DNA of 64,000 nucleotides from Mobula birostris (GCF_030028105.1 NC_092377.1:4903079-4967078); one strand, 5' to 3'. Numbered from the stretch's first letter, positions 14,150-28,191 are shown. Made by a program: numbers and translations. The notes: generated from the sequence alone by a model not told the origin.

Positions 14150-17100
14150 TCTTTCTTTCTTTTCCAATATTTTTATTAATTTCTTACATAAAAGAATATA
14201 GAGTACAGTAGAATATATAATATATATATTGATTATAATATATTGAAATCACAGTTAAGGTGTAATTACCCCAATCCATATAAAATTAAGTTTAAACATA
14301 ATATTGAAAAGAGATAATTATATTATTACAAAAAAAATCTAAACCCACTACCAGAAAAAACAGCTGTTTGGTTAAAAAAAAAGGAAAAGATCCATAACAT
14401 ATAGTAGAACATACTATTTGCCAACATCCGTGCTTAATAGCAGTCAAAGATTATGGGAATAATTCACAAAAGGTCCCCATAATATCAAAAAAATCTTGTC
14501 TAGGTTCGGAAATTGAACAGTGAATCTTCTCTAAATTAAAGCAAGACATAACATCATGTAACCAATGAGTATGAGTAGGTGGAGTGACATCCTTCCATTT
14601 AAGCATCAATGCCCTCCTGGCTGTAAGAGAAATAAAGGCCAAAATGTGCAGATCATGTGTCTCCAAAATAATATCATTTCCTCCAACAATACCAAATAAG
14701 GCCGTCAAAGGATTAGGTTTAAAATCTACTTTAAAATGCACTGAAAAAGTTTGAAATACTTCCTTCCAATATTTTTTAAGATTCGGACAAGTCCAAAACA
14801 TATGGATTAATGAAGCTTCTCCAATATTACATCTATCATGAAAGGAAGATATATCTGAATAAAATCGAGACAGCTTATCTTTAGACACATGGACTCTATG
14901 AACCACTTTAAATTGTAGAAAGGAATGATGGGCACATAATGAAGAAGTATTAACTAATTAAAAAATTTCATTCCAAGTGTCCTCGGAAATGGAAATCTGT
15001 AAATTTTGTTCCCAAAGATTTTTAATTTTATCTAAAGGAATATTTCTCATTCCCAACAACATAGCATAGATGGAGAGTGACATAATAATTCAGAAACAAA
15101 GGTTCTGAACTTAAAGAGGGGTAACTTTGAAGGTATGAGACGTGAATTAGCTAAGATAGACTGGCAAATGACACTTAAAGGATTGATGGTGGATATGCAA
15201 TGGCAAGCATTTAAAGGTTGCATGGATGAACTGCAACAAATGTTCATCCCAGTTTGGCAAAAGAATAAATCAAGGAAGGTAGTGCACCCGTGGCTGAGAA
15301 GAGAAATTAGGGATAGTATCAATTCCAAAGAAGAAGCATACAAATTAGCCAGAGAAAGTACTCACCTGAGGACTGGGAGAAATTCAGAGTTCAGCAGAGG
15401 AGGACAAAGGGCTTAATTAGGAAGGGGAAAAAAGATTATGAGAGAAAACTGGCAGGCAACATAAAAACGGACTGTAAAAGCTTTTATAGATATGTAAAAA
15501 GGAAAAGACTGGTAAAGACAAATGTAGGTCCCCTGCAGGCAGAAACAGGTGAGTTGATTATGGGGAGAAAGGACATGGCAGACCAATTGAATAATTACTT
15601 TGGTTCTGTCTTCACTAAGGAGGACATAAATAATCTTCCAGAAATAGTAGGGGACAGAGGGTCCAGTGAGATGGAGGAACTGAGCGAAATACATGTTAGT
15701 GGGGAAGTGGTGTTAGGTAAATTGAAGGGATTGAAGGCAGATAAATCCCCAGGGCCAGATGGTCTGCATCCCAGGGTGCTTAAGGAAGTAGCCCAAGAAA
15801 TAGTGGATGCATTAGTGATAATTTTTCAAAACTCATTAGATTCTGGACTAGTTCCTGATGATTGGAGGGTGGCTAATGTAACTCCACTTTTTAAAAAAGG
15901 AGGGAGAGAGAAACCGGGGAATTATAGACCAGTTAGCCTAAAGTCGGTGGTGGGGAAACTGCTGGAGTCAGTTATCAAAGATGTGATAACAGCACATTTG
16001 GAAAGCGGTGAAATCATTGGACAAAGTCAGCATGGATTTGTGAAAGGAAAATCATGTCTGACGAATCCCATAGAATTTTTTGAGGATGTAACTAGTAGAG
16101 TGGATAGGGGAGAACCAGTGGATGTGGTATATTTGGATTTTCAGAAGGCTTTTGACAAGGTCCCACACAGGAGATTAGTGTGCAAACTTAAAGCACACGG
16201 TATTGGGGGTAAGGTATTGGTGTGGGTGGAGAGTTGGTTAGCAGACAGGAAGCAAAGAGTGGGAATAAACGGGACCTTTTCAGAATGGCAGGCGGTGACT
16301 AGTGGGGTACCGCAAGGCTCAGTGCTGGGACCCCAGTTGTTTACAATATATATTAATGACTTGGATGAGGGAATTAAATGCAGCATCTCCAAGTTTGCGG
16401 ATGACACGAAGCTGGGTGGCAGTGTTAGCTGTGAGGAGGATGCTAAGAGGATGCAGGGTGACTTGGATAGGTTGGGTGAGTGGGCAAATTAATGGCAGAT
16501 GCAATTTAATGTGGATAAATGTGAAGTTATCCACTTTGGTGGCAAAAATAGGAAAACAGATTATTATCTGAATGGTGGCCGATTAAGAAAAGGGGAGGTG
16601 CAACGTGACCTGGGTGTCATTATACACCAGTCATTGAAAGTGGGCATGCAGGTACAGCAGGCGGTGAAAAAGGCGAATGGTATGCTGGCATTTATAGCGA
16701 GAGGATTTGAGTACAGGAGCAGGGAGGTACTACTGCAGTTGTACAGGGCCTTGGTGAGACCGCACCTGGAGTATTGTGTGCAGTTTTGGTCCCCTAATCT
16801 GAGGAAAGACATCCTTGCCATAGAGGGAGTACAGAGAAGGTTCACCAGATTGATTCCTGGGATGGCAGGACTTTCATATGAAGAAAGAATGGATGAACTG
16901 GGCTTGTACTCGTTGGAATTTAGAAGATTGAGGGGGGATCTGATTGAAACGTATAAGATCCTAAAGGGATTGGACAGGCTAGATGCAGGAAGATTGTTCC
17001 CGATGTTGGGGAAGTCCAGAACGAGGGGTCACAGTTTGAGGATAAAGGGGAAGCCTTTTAGGACCGAGATTAGGAAAAACTTCTTCACACAGAGAGTGGT

Positions 17101-17620
17101 GAATCTGTGGAATTCTCTGCCACAGGAAACAGTTGAGGCCAGTTCATTGGCTATATTTAAGAGGGAGTTAGATGTGGCCCTTGTGGCTACGGGGGTCAGG
17201 GGGTATGGAGGGAAGGCTGGGGCAGGGTTCTGAGTTGGATGATCAGCCATGATCATAATAAATGGCGGTGCAGGCTCGAAGGGCCGAATGGCCTACTCCT
17301 GCACCTATTTTCTATGTTTCTATGTTTCTAAATATTAGAAATAGATGTATGTTGGAAGGGTTTCAAATTAAAAACGATATCAAGTAAATTTTTATCTGGA
17401 CTTCTAGGAAATGCATGAACTTGAGAATGCAAAAAGTCTCTCATTTGTAAATATCAAAAGAAGTGATTTCTCGGTAGGCTATACTTAACTGACAATTGTT
17501 CAAATGAAGAGAGAGTATCTTCAACAAAGAAATCATAAAAACATTTAATACCCAATCTATTCCACTCTTTAAAAAATACATCAGACATAGACGGTTTAAA
17601 AGTGTACATTCTGAGCTTCT
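14150..17620 (-). mobile_element. L1/Tx1-type LINE 3' part, split by a CR1 insertion
   Basis: ORF 14451-14906 (HRVHVSKDKL...C...SLIHMFWTCP...ARRALMLKWK) is a fish L1 ORF2 C-terminus. It continues at 17330-17620 (WNRLGIKCFYDFF...SFEQLSVKYSLP). A-rich tail near 14150. Confidence 0.8.
15048..17330 (+). mobile_element. Young 5'-truncated CR1 with nearly intact RT
   Basis: Same-frame ORFs 15554-16492 and 16499-17233 are separated by a single TAA. All RT motifs are present ([26 protein letters not shown]). Ends in TTTCTATGTTTCTATGTTTCTA. Confidence 0.92.
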
Positions 17621-19319
17621 CCAATCTATCTTCTGAGTTTCTCCGTTCTGCTTTCCATGGACGTATGGACATTGGGTGGGTAGGAGGAATTAGCGTTTGA
17701 GTGTTTCTGAGTTGCTTTTAGCTGCTTTAGCACAACATTATGGGCTGAAGAGCCTGTTCCTGTTCTATGTTCTGTGTTCCCTCTCGAGTTCCCACGCCTC
17801 CCTCCCTGGTATGTGACAGCTGGAAAAGGATGTTGAAGCTGGAAGATGTCTTTTCTGCTGATGAGTTTAATGTAGGTAGTTCTAAGAGCACTCACCACAC
17901 AATCTGAATGATAGAGGACACCCCGTTCAGGGAAAGGTTGTGGTAACCGGCATGCTCTGAAGATCAGTGCAGGAATGTAAGTGGAGACACGTGTCAGAGG
18001 TACTTTATCCCACACAGAAAGTGCTTGTGGCTGATGGTAAAGGCTATTACATTGGGGACATTTTAGAAACTGATACATTAGATAAACGCGTGGATGAAAG
18101 AAAAATTAAGCTTTATGGACTGTATCAGTGGGAAGGGTTACATGGATCTTGGAGGAGATTAAAAATTCAGCACAGTAATTTGGGCCGAAGGGCCTGTACT
18201 GTGCTGTACTATTCTATGAGGCCTCTGTTGGTCAGGATTGACCATGGATGTTGTGTCCTAGCTGTCTAGATACGCAAGCCTGGGGAGTACGACATGGAGA
18301 GCAAGCTGTTGCCTATGTAGCAAGCTCCCCCTCTGCACACATCTGATGAACTCAAAGTAACGGTACAGACCAAATCAGTTTGACAGCAGAAGTATCACGA
18401 GAATTACCAGTCAGCGTTGAACTCAACGTTGGATTGCCTTAGGGACTCCAGCGCCGGACTCTAAGTAATTCAGTGTAATGTGTAATGAATTGATCTGTAG
18501 GAACAGTTTGCAAGACAAGATTTTCATTGTACCTTGGTACTAGTGACAATAATAAACTAATAGAATCGGTTTGGCACACCATTGTGAGCTCTGTGTTCTG
18601 TGTCTCTGTTGTGTGCAGTTAGTTCTTCACTGACTCTGTTGTGTTTCTGTCTATTTATAATGAATGCCCACAAGCAAATGAAACTCTGGGTGGTGCATGG
18701 TGACAAATGTATCACTCATTCGTTCGTTATGTGCCGTGTTGTATGACGCGGGTGATCATGTTCTCATGACCATGATTGTTCTTGGCACATTTTTCCAGAG
18801 AAGCAGTATGCCGTTGCCTTCTTCTGGGCAGTGTCTTTCCAAGATAGTGTCACCCCAACCATTGTCAATACTCTTCAGAGATTGTCTGCCTGATGTCAGT
18901 GGTCACATATCCAGGAATTGTGATGTGTGCAAGTTGCTCATATGACCATCCACCCGTTTCTCCCATGGCTTCACATGGCTCTGATCAGGGGGAGGAGGTG
19001 GGCTAAGCAGGTGTTACACGTTGCCGAAGGGTGACCTGCAGACTAGTAGAGGCAAGGAGTACCAGACATACATATACTTTGAAGTTTTCATTAAGTGTCA
19101 TACTGTCATACAGTGAAATGTCTATTTTGCCTGGTGTTGGGCCAGTGTTTGCAGCTTTACCAGGAGGAGCCTACTGTCAGGGAGGGGAAACAGTGTACTT
19201 GGCTTGTTTCTCACATTTCAATCTGTTAATGGTGTGTGGGCATAAGGAGTGAGTTTTAGTGACAGACATGTAAATGGAGAATGAAAAGATTCAGCTACTC
19301 TTGCAGTTTGTTTCTATTT

Positions 19320-19501
19320 GTTTAGCAGTTTCCACAGGGCTGCCCACTCTCCCCCATCACTTCCTCTTCACACCCTGTGCCTTTGTGCTGAAATAAGCAT
19401 ATGGGGAAATCAAAGGAGATTCAATCACTTGTGAAATACCAACAGGGAACATCGGGTCTGAATGAGCAGGAATTCAGTTTTTGAAGAACAAGCGAGAAGA
19501 A
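19320..19501 (+). promoter_or_regulatory. Putative promoter/5'UTR of the VJ-VJ-TM gene
   Basis: Non-repetitive sequence directly upstream of the leader ATG, with ACTTCCTC (ETS/PU.1-type, 19359-19366), CCTTTGTG (19380-19387) and ATCAAAGG (TCF/LEF, 19409-19416), and GGGGAAAT (19403-19410). Confidence 0.4.
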
Positions 19502-19550
19502 ATGTTTGCAGCGATAATCACAACCTTGACTCTGTCCGTCTGTGCAGTGG
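19502..19550 (+). CDS. Exon 1: signal peptide of the non-rearranging VJ-type Ig-superfamily receptor
   Basis: ATG-initiated MFAAIITTLTLSVCAV+G (49 nt), followed by a consensus donor GTGG|gtaagt. Phase 1, which matches the V exon acceptors. Confidence 0.75.
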
Positions 19551-20167
19551 GTAAGTAAATTCCCAGAGTGGGGTCACCCAGTCTGAGACTGGTTTCATCT
19601 GCCTTTGAGTTTATTTGACCAGTGGTGGGCAGTGGTACTGTGTACGGTTTTGGTACAGGAAGGATGTTATTAAACTAGAAAGAGAGCAAAAACGATCCAC
19701 CAGGATGTTGTCAGGACCTGGGGCTCTGTGTCACAAGGACAGATTGGGGACTGTACCTCCCTCAGTCGCAGGACTCTGCAGAGAGTGATGCAGACAGCCC
19801 AACGCATCTGTAGTTGTGAACTTCCCCCTATTCAGGACATTTACAAAGACAGTTGTTTAAAAAGGGCCTGAAGGATCATTGGGGAGGCAAGTCACCACAA
19901 TCACAAACTGTTCCAGCTGCCATCCGGGAAAAGGTTCTGTAGCATAAAAGCCAGGACCAACAGGCTCCGGTGCAGCTTCTTCCACCAAACCATCAGACTG
20001 ATTAATTCACGCTGATGCAGTTGTATTTCTGTGTTATACTGACTGTCCTGTTGCACATAATATTTATTATAAATTACTATAAATTGTACATTGCACATTT
20101 AGATGGAGACATAACATCAATATTTTTACTTCTCATGTATATGAAGGATGTAAGTAATAAAGCCAGT

Positions 20168-20203
20168 GTCCTGACGAAGGGTCTCGGCCTGAAACGTCGA
20201 CTG
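20168..20203 (+). ncRNA. Minimal type I hammerhead ribozyme motif in a Penelope-derived terminal repeat
   Basis: gtc CTGACGA A GGG tctcgg CCT GAAA CGT C gac: conserved core, palindromic ACGT helix III, predicted cleavage after C20198. Confidence 0.55.
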
Positions 20204-20359
20204 CACCTCTTCCTAGAGATGCTGCCTGGCCTGCTGCGTTCACCGACAACTTTGATGTGTGTTGCTTCAATTCAATTCAGATTGTGTACACTAGGAACTT
20301 CCGTCTTAAATATACCCACGGACTTGGACTCCACCGCAGTCTGTGGTAGATTCACACTA

Positions 20360-23300
20360 CTCTCTGGCTAAAAATATTCCCCCTCATCTGTGTTCTAAAA
20401 GGTCGTCACTCAATTCTGAGGTTGTGCTCTCTAGTTCAAGATATCCCCACCATAAGAAACATCCTCTCCACATCCACCAATCTAGTCCTTTCAACATTCA
20501 CTAGGTTTCAATGAGATTGCCACGCATTCTTCTAAATTCCAGTGAATACAGGTCAAAAGCTGCTAAATGCTTCTCATATCTGAAGCCATTCATTCCCAAA
20601 ATCACCCTTGTGAACCTCCTCTGGACTCTCTCCAATGGCAACGTATTCTTTCTGAGATGTGGGGCACAATGCTGTTGACAATACTCCAGGTGTGGCCTGA
20701 TTAGTGTCTTATAAAGGCTCAGCATTATCTCCTTGCTTTTATTTTCTATTCCCCTTGAAATAAATGCTAACATTGCATTTACCTTCTTTATCACAGACTC
20801 AACCTGTAAATTAACCTCACAACATGCTGGAGGAACTCAGCAGGTAGGGCAGCCTCATCCTGGGAGCAGATGCGGCAGAGACGGAGGAACTGGGAATAGG
20901 GAATGGCATGAGTTCCACCCAGCCCTCAAATTCACTTGGACCGTCTCGGACACTTCTCTTCCCTTTCTCAATCTCTCGGTCTCCATCTCTGGAGACAGAC
21001 TGTCCACTGACATCTTTTATAAGCCCACTGACTCTCATAACTACCTCAACTATACCTCTTCCTGCCCTGCAACATGCAAAAGTGCCATTCCCTATTCCCA
21101 GTTCCTCCGTCTCCGCCGCATCTGCTCCCAGGATGAGGTTTTCCATTCTAGGACATCTCAAATGTCCTCTTTCTTTAAGGATCGTGGCTTCCCTTCTGCA
21201 GTCATCAATGATGCCCTCACCCGCATCTCCTCCATTTCCCACACATTGGACCTCACCCCATCCTCCCGTCACCACAACATGGACAGAGTTGCCCTTGTCC
21301 TCACCTACCACCCCACCAGCCTCCGGATCCAGCACATTATCCCCCGCAACTTCCGCCACCTTCAACAGGACCCCAGAAGTAAGCACGTATTTCCCTCTCC
21401 ACCCCTCTCTGCTTTCCGCAGGGATCATTCCCTCCGCGACTTCCTGGTCCACACGTTCCCTCCCCATGGATCTCCCACCCGGCACTTATCCCTGTAAGCG
21501 TAAGTGCTACACCTGTCCCTACACCTCCTCTCTTGCCACCATTCAGGGCTCCAAACAGTCCTTCCAAGTGAGGCAACACTTCACTTGTGAGTCTGTTGGG
21601 GTCATCTATTGCATCCGGTGCTCCCGGTGCAGCCTCCTCTACATCAGTGAAACCCGACGCAGATTGGGGGACTGCTTCATCGAGCACCTCCGCTCCGTCC
21701 GCCACAACAGACAGGATCTCCCAGTAGCCACCCACTTCAACTCTGTTTCCCACTCCCATTCAGATATGTCCATACATGGCCTCCCCTACTGCTATGATGA
21801 GGCCAAACTCAGGTTGGAGGAGCAACACCTCATATACCGTCTAGGTAGTCTCCAGCCCCTTGAACATAGAATATGAACATAGAATTCTCCAACTTCTGGT
21901 AATTCCCTCCCCCTCCCTTCCCCTATCCCTATGTCACTCTGCCCCCTCCCCCAGCTGCCTATCACCTCGCTCTTGGTTCCCCCTCCTTCTACTACCCATT
22001 GTGTTTTTCCCTATTCCTTCTTCACCTTTCCTGCCTATCCCCTCCCTGATTCTCCACCCCACCCCTTTATCTTTCCCCTTACTGGTTTTTTACCTGGAAC
22101 CTACCAGCCTTCTCCTTCCCACCCTCCCCCCACCTTCTCTATAGGGCCTCTGCCCCTTCCCGCTACAGTCCTAACAAAGGGTTCCGGCCCGAAACATTGA
22201 CTGATTGTTTCCACGGATGCTGCCCGACCTGCTGAGTTCCTCCAGCGTGTTGTGAGTGTTGCTTTGACCCCAGCATCTGCAGATTATTTTCTGTAAATTA
22301 ACCTTCTGGGAGTCTTGCACAAGGACTCCTAAGTCCTTCAGCACATCTGATGTTTGAACATTCTCCCCAATTAGATAATATTCCGCACTATTGTTCCTTT
22401 CACCAAAATGCTTTATCAGACATTTCCCAAAACTGTATTCCATCTGCCACTTTTTTGCTCATTCTTCAAATTTGTCTAAGTCCTGCTGCGATTGCATTGC
22501 TTCCTCAGCACTACCTACCCCTCCACCTATCTTTGGATCACCTGCAAACTTTCCACAAAGCCATCAATTCCATTATCCAAAGCACTGTCAAACAACGTGA
22601 GAAGTTGTGGTCCCAATACTGACGCCTGAGGAACACCACTAGTCACTGGCAGCCAACTAGAAAAAGCCACTTTTACTCCCATTCACTGCCTCCTGCCTGT
22701 CAGCCATTCCTCTATCCATGCAAGTATCTTTCTTGCAAAGCCATAGGATTTTACCTTGCTAAGCAGCCTCGTGTGTGGCACCTTATCAAATGCCTTCTGA
22801 AAATCCAAGTAAATGACATTAACTGCCTCTCCTTTGTCCACCCTGCTTGTTACTTCCTTGAAGAAGTCTAACAGATTTGTCAAGCAAGATTTCCCGTCTC
22901 AGAAACCATGCTGACCTTGACTTATTTTATCATTAGTCTCCAAGTACCCTGAAACCTTATCCTTCATAATAGACTCCAACAATTTCTAAACCACTGAATT
23001 TAGGCTAACTGGCCTGTAATTTCCTTTGTTTTGCCTTCCTCCCTTCTTCCAGAGTGGAGAGGAATTTGCAGTCTTTCAGACCACCAGGACCATGCCAGAA
23101 CCAAGTAATTCTTGAAAGATCATGACCAATGCACCCATTATAGACAATAGGTGCAGGAGTAGGCCATTCAGCCCTTCGAGCCAGCACCACCATTCACTGT
23201 GATAATGGCTGATCATCCACAATCAGTACCCCGTTCCTGCCTTCTCCCCATATCCCTTCACTCCGCTATCTTTAAGAGCTATCTCTGCAGCAACCTCTTT

Positions 23301-24600
23301 CAGGACTCTGGGATGTAACCATCTGGTCCAGATGGCTTATCCACCTTAAGACCTCTGAATTTGCCTAGCACTTTTTCCTTTCTAATAGCAATGGCACTCA
23401 CTCTTGCTCCCTGACTCTCATAGCCCTCTGGCACACAGGTAGTGTCTTCCACAGTGAAGGGAGATGCAATGCACCCATTAAGTTCATCTGCAATTTCTTT
23501 GTCCCCCATTACAACCTCACCAACATCAGTTCTCAGTGACCCAATATCAACTCTCACCTCCCTTTTATTCTTTATATAACTGAAAAACATTTAGTGTCCT
23601 TCTTTATATTATTGGCTAGTTTGCCCTCATATTTTATCTTTTCCCTTCTTAATAGCTTTTTTAGATGCCTTTTGTTGGATTTTCAAAAGCTTCCCAATTA
23701 TCCAACTTCTCACTCACTTTTGCTACTTATATGCCTTTTCCTTGGCTTTTATGCGGTCCTTAACTTCCCTTGCCAGTCATAGTTGCCTACCTCTGCCATT
23801 TGAGAACAACTTCCTCTGTGGGACATATCTATTCTGCGCCTTGTGAACTATCCCCAGAAACTTCAGCCATCTGTGTTTTGCCGTCATCACTGGCAGTATC
23901 CTCCTCCAATCCACGTGAACAAGCTCTTCTCTCAAGCCTCTGTAATTCCCTTTATTTCATTGTAATACTGATACATGGGACCTATGCTTCTCCTCCTTAA
24001 ACTGCAGTATGAATTCTGTCATATTATAATCACCCCCTCCTAAGTATTCCTTTACATTTAGTTCCCTAATAAGATCTGGGTTATTACACAACTTCCAATC
24101 TAAGATTGTCTTTCCCAGAGTAGGCTCAACCACAAGAAGCTCTAAAAAGCCATCTCATCAGCATTCAACAACTTCTCTCTCTTGCAATCCGACACCAACC
24201 TGATTTTCCCAATCTACTTTCATATTGAAGTCCCCCATTCCAATTGTGTCATTACCCTTATTACATGTCTTTTCCAGCTTGCTTTAAAATATCAACCCCA
24301 CATCTCGGCTACTGTTTGGAGGCCTATATATTATTCCTATCATGTTTTTTTTCACCCATGTGGTTTCTTAATTCCACTCATAAAGATTCAATATTTTTGA
24401 TGCCATGTCACCTGTTTCTAAAGATGTAATTTCATCTCTTACCAACAGATCCATACCACTGTCTGCCTGTCCTTTCGATACAAAGTATATCCTTTGATGT
24501 TAAGCTCTCAACTAATGGCCTTCTTTCAGCCACGACTCAGTGATGCCCAGAACGTCATACCGACCAATCTCTAATTGCGCCATGAGTTTGTTCATTGTAT
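20360..24600 (-). mobile_element. Decayed CR1 (endonuclease to 3' end), split by a Penelope insertion
   Basis: Minus-strand ORFs 20501-20794, 22683-22883 and 23300-23590 carry CR1 motifs. The sequence is continuous across the 20818-22290 insertion. Confidence 0.85.
20818..22290 (+). mobile_element. Penelope-like element (RT C-terminus + GIY-YIG endonuclease + pLTR) with inverted 5' end and 14-bp TSD
   Basis: YKPTDSHNYLNY..CK.AIPYSQFLRLRRICS, then GVIYCIRCSRCSLLYISETRRRL...EH...VATHFN. TSD CTGTAAATTAACCT at 20804-20817 and 22291-22304. Confidence 0.92.
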
Positions 24601-25229
24601 TCAGAATGCCAGGCACATTTAAAGACAGCACCTTCAGTCTCTCCAGCAAAACTGAAAATTACATTGCCCCTGTTACCCAAATACAGAAAGTTCCTTTTTA
24701 CAATCAATATTTCCTTAAGGTTGCAATAGCCGAGGGTAATAATGGGGGCAAGCTCCCAGTAGCTATTAGATGCTCCCAGTGGCATTTGCCTCATTTAGCC
24801 TCTGGCAACCAAGTCCAGCTCTTGTCCTTCATGTGTGATTTAGCAACTAAGCCCAGAGGAAACATTTCTACTAACAGGAGAAAAGGCACAGGTGGATTAC
24901 TAGCATCTTAAAACCAGTTGCATCGGGCAAATGGGGCTTGTCAACCATTATCAGTGCAGGGAGTAATCCTTGGAGGAAAAATACGGAGCTGGATTCCCAA
25001 AGGTAATCCTATGTTGAGTTCAATGCTGACAGGCAACTCCTGCAATGCTGCTGGTGTCAAACTGCATTGATCTCTGCCGGTCCTTTGAATTTATCAGATG
25101 CATGGAAAGGGGGAGCCCACTGCATCGACAACAGCGTGCTTTCCATATTGAACTGCCCTGACTTGCATATCTAGACAGCTACAATGCAGCCTCCAAAACC
25201 CCCAACCTTTGTGTAATCAGAAAACTTCG

Positions 25230-26890
25230 TAACCCATCACTCCACTTCCTTATCCAGGTCATTTATAAAAATCATGAAGAGTAAGGGTCCCAGAACAGAT
25301 CCTTGAGGCACACCACTGGTCACCGACCTCCATGCAGAATATGACCCGTCTACAACCACTCTTTGCCTTCTGTGGGCAAGCCAGTTCTGGATCCACAAAG
25401 CAAAGTCCCTTTGGATCCCATGCCTCCTTACTTTCTCAATAAGCCTTGCATGGGGTACCTTATCAAATGCCTTGCTGAAATCCATATACACTACATCTAC
25501 TGCTCTTCCTTCATCAATGTGTTTAGTCACATCCTCAAAAAATTCAATCAGGCTCATAAGGCACGACCTGCCCATGAAAAAGTCATGCTCACTATTCCTA
25601 GTCATATTATACCTCTCCAAATGTTCATAAATCCTGCCTCTCAGTATCTTCTCCATCAACTTACCAACCACTGAGATAAGACTCACTGGTCTATAATTTC
25701 CTGGGCTAACTCTACTCCCTTTCTTGAATAAAGGAACAACATCTGCAACCCTCCGATCCTCCGGAACCTCTCCCGCCCCCATTGATGATGCAAGGATCAT
25801 CTCCGGAAGCTCAGCAATCTCCTCCATTACCTCCTATAGGAGCCTGGGGTACATCTCATCCGGTCTCAGCGACTTATCCAACTTGATGCTTTTCAAAAGC
25901 TCCAGCACATCCTCTTTCTTAATATCTACATGCTCAAACATTTCAGTCTGCTGCAAGTCATCACTACAATCACCAAGATCTTTTTCCATAGTGAATACTG
26001 AAGTAAAGTATTCATTAAGTCTGCTATTTCCTCCGGTTCTATACACACTTTCCCACTGTCTCACTTGATAGGTCCTATTCTTTCACGTCTTATCCTCTTG
26101 CTCTTCACATATTTGTAGAATGCCTTGGGGTTTTCCTTAATCCTGCCCGCCAAGGCCTTCTTATGGCCCCTTCTGGCTCTCCTGATTTCCTTCTTAAACT
26201 CCTTCCTGTTAGCCTTATGATCTTCTAGATCTCTAATATTATCTAAATCTCTGAACCTTTCGTAAGCTTTTCTTTTCTTCTTGACAAGATTTACTACAGC
26301 CTTTGTACACCATGGTTCCTGTACCCTACCAAAATTTCCCTGTCTAATTGGAATGTACCTATGCAGAACTCCAAACAAATATCCCCTGAACATTTGCCAC
26401 ATTTCTTTCGTACCTTTCCCCGAGAACATCTGTTCCCAATTTAAGCTTCCAAGTTCCTGACTGATGGCCTCATGATTCCCCTTACTCCAATTAATTGCTT
26501 TTCTACCTTGTCTGTTCCTGTCTCTGTCCAATGCTATTGTAAAGGAGATAGAATTATCATCACTATCTCCAAAATGCTCTACGACTGAGAGATCTAACAC
26601 CTGACCAGCTTCATTTCCCAATACCACATCAAGTACAGTCTCTCCTCTTGTAGGCTTATCTACATACTGTGTCAAGAAACCTTCCTGAACACACCTAACA
26701 AACTCTATCCCATCTAAACCCCTCGCTCTAGGGGCATGCCAACTGATATTTGGGAAATTAAAATCTCCCACCACGACAACTCTGATATTATTACACCTTT
26801 CCAGGATCTGTTTCCCTATCTGCTCCTCGATATCCCTGTTACTATTGGGCAGCCTATAAAAAAACAACCAGTAGAGTTATTGACCCCTTC
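25230..26890 (-). mobile_element. CR1 ORF2 fragment (endonuclease + RT N-half)
   Basis: ORFs 26061-26867 (VGDFNFPNI, LDVVLGNE, GDSDDNSI), 25834-26064 and 25237-25827 ([23 protein letters not shown]). Confidence 0.9.
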
Positions 26891-28191
26891 CTGATGTGAT
26901 CTCGATGCATCGCAGACTCATATGGCAACTGCTCTGCCCAAGACTGCATTAAAATTGTAGAGTTGTGAACACAACCCAGTTCATGGCAAAAGCCACCCTC
27001 CCTCCATACACTTCTCAATGCCTCGGGAAAGCAGACAACATAATCAAAAACCCCTCCTACCCTGAACATATTTATGTTCTCCCCAATTCCTATGGGAAAA
27101 TATTTATTAGGGATAAAAAGAAACTATGCAGTACAATTTCTATTCTATGATAAAATTCTTGAATGGACCTCTTGTATAATAAAGATGAACCCCTGATCTC
27201 TCACTCTAATGTCACATTAATGTCTACCTACCCTGCACTTCTCACTCAATGTCAATAACACCAAGGAACTGAGTGTAGACTTCTGGCGAGGGAAACCAGT
27301 GGTCCACAAGCCAGTAATCAGTGGAGGATCAGAGGTGAAGTAAATTTAAATTCCAGTGTGTCGCTATCTCAGAAGAACTATCCTGGAAACACCACATAAA
27401 TATAATTGCGATGGAAGCACACCAGCGTCTCTACTTCCTCAGGGGATAACTATACTCAATTAAGGACTCTTTGTTTGTTATTTCATGCTGATTATTTATT
27501 GCTATTTATTTATATTTGCATTTGCACAGTTTGTTGTCCATCAATCCTGTTTACAGTTACTGTTCTATAGATTTGCTCAGTATGCCCACAGAGAAAGAAT
27601 CTGAGGGTTGTATGTGCTGACGTCTATGCACTCGGACAATAAACCTCAATTTGAACTTTGAAACTTGAACTTTCTCTGTAATTTTGATGCTACTTTTTGC
27701 AATGCATTGTTGCATTTTCTTGATGTGCTCGTGGTTGGAAAGATCTCTCTGGAAGATATGCAGAGCAAAGTTTTGTCCTGGATGCTGGGCACTAGCCTCT
27801 GTAGCATCCAGGACATCTTCAGTGAGCGATGTGAATACAAGGTGGAATCCATGATGAAGGTCCCACAGCTGCTAGGACAAGACTTCTCCTCATTGCTCCC
27901 ATCAAGGATAAGGTTCAGAAGCCTGAAGGCACATACTCGCTGATTCAGGAACAGCTTCTGCCCTCTGCCATCCAATTTCTTAATGGACATTGAACCCATG
28001 AACACTACCTCACTACTGTTTCTTTCTCTTTTTGCACTGCTTAACTTAATTTCTAAAATATATATACGTCTTACAGTAATTCATAGTTTTTATAGTTATA
28101 TATTGCAGTGTACTGCTGCCACATAACAACAAATCTCACAACTTATGTCAGCAATATTAAACTTGCTTCTGATTCTGGTTTACTGTAACTT

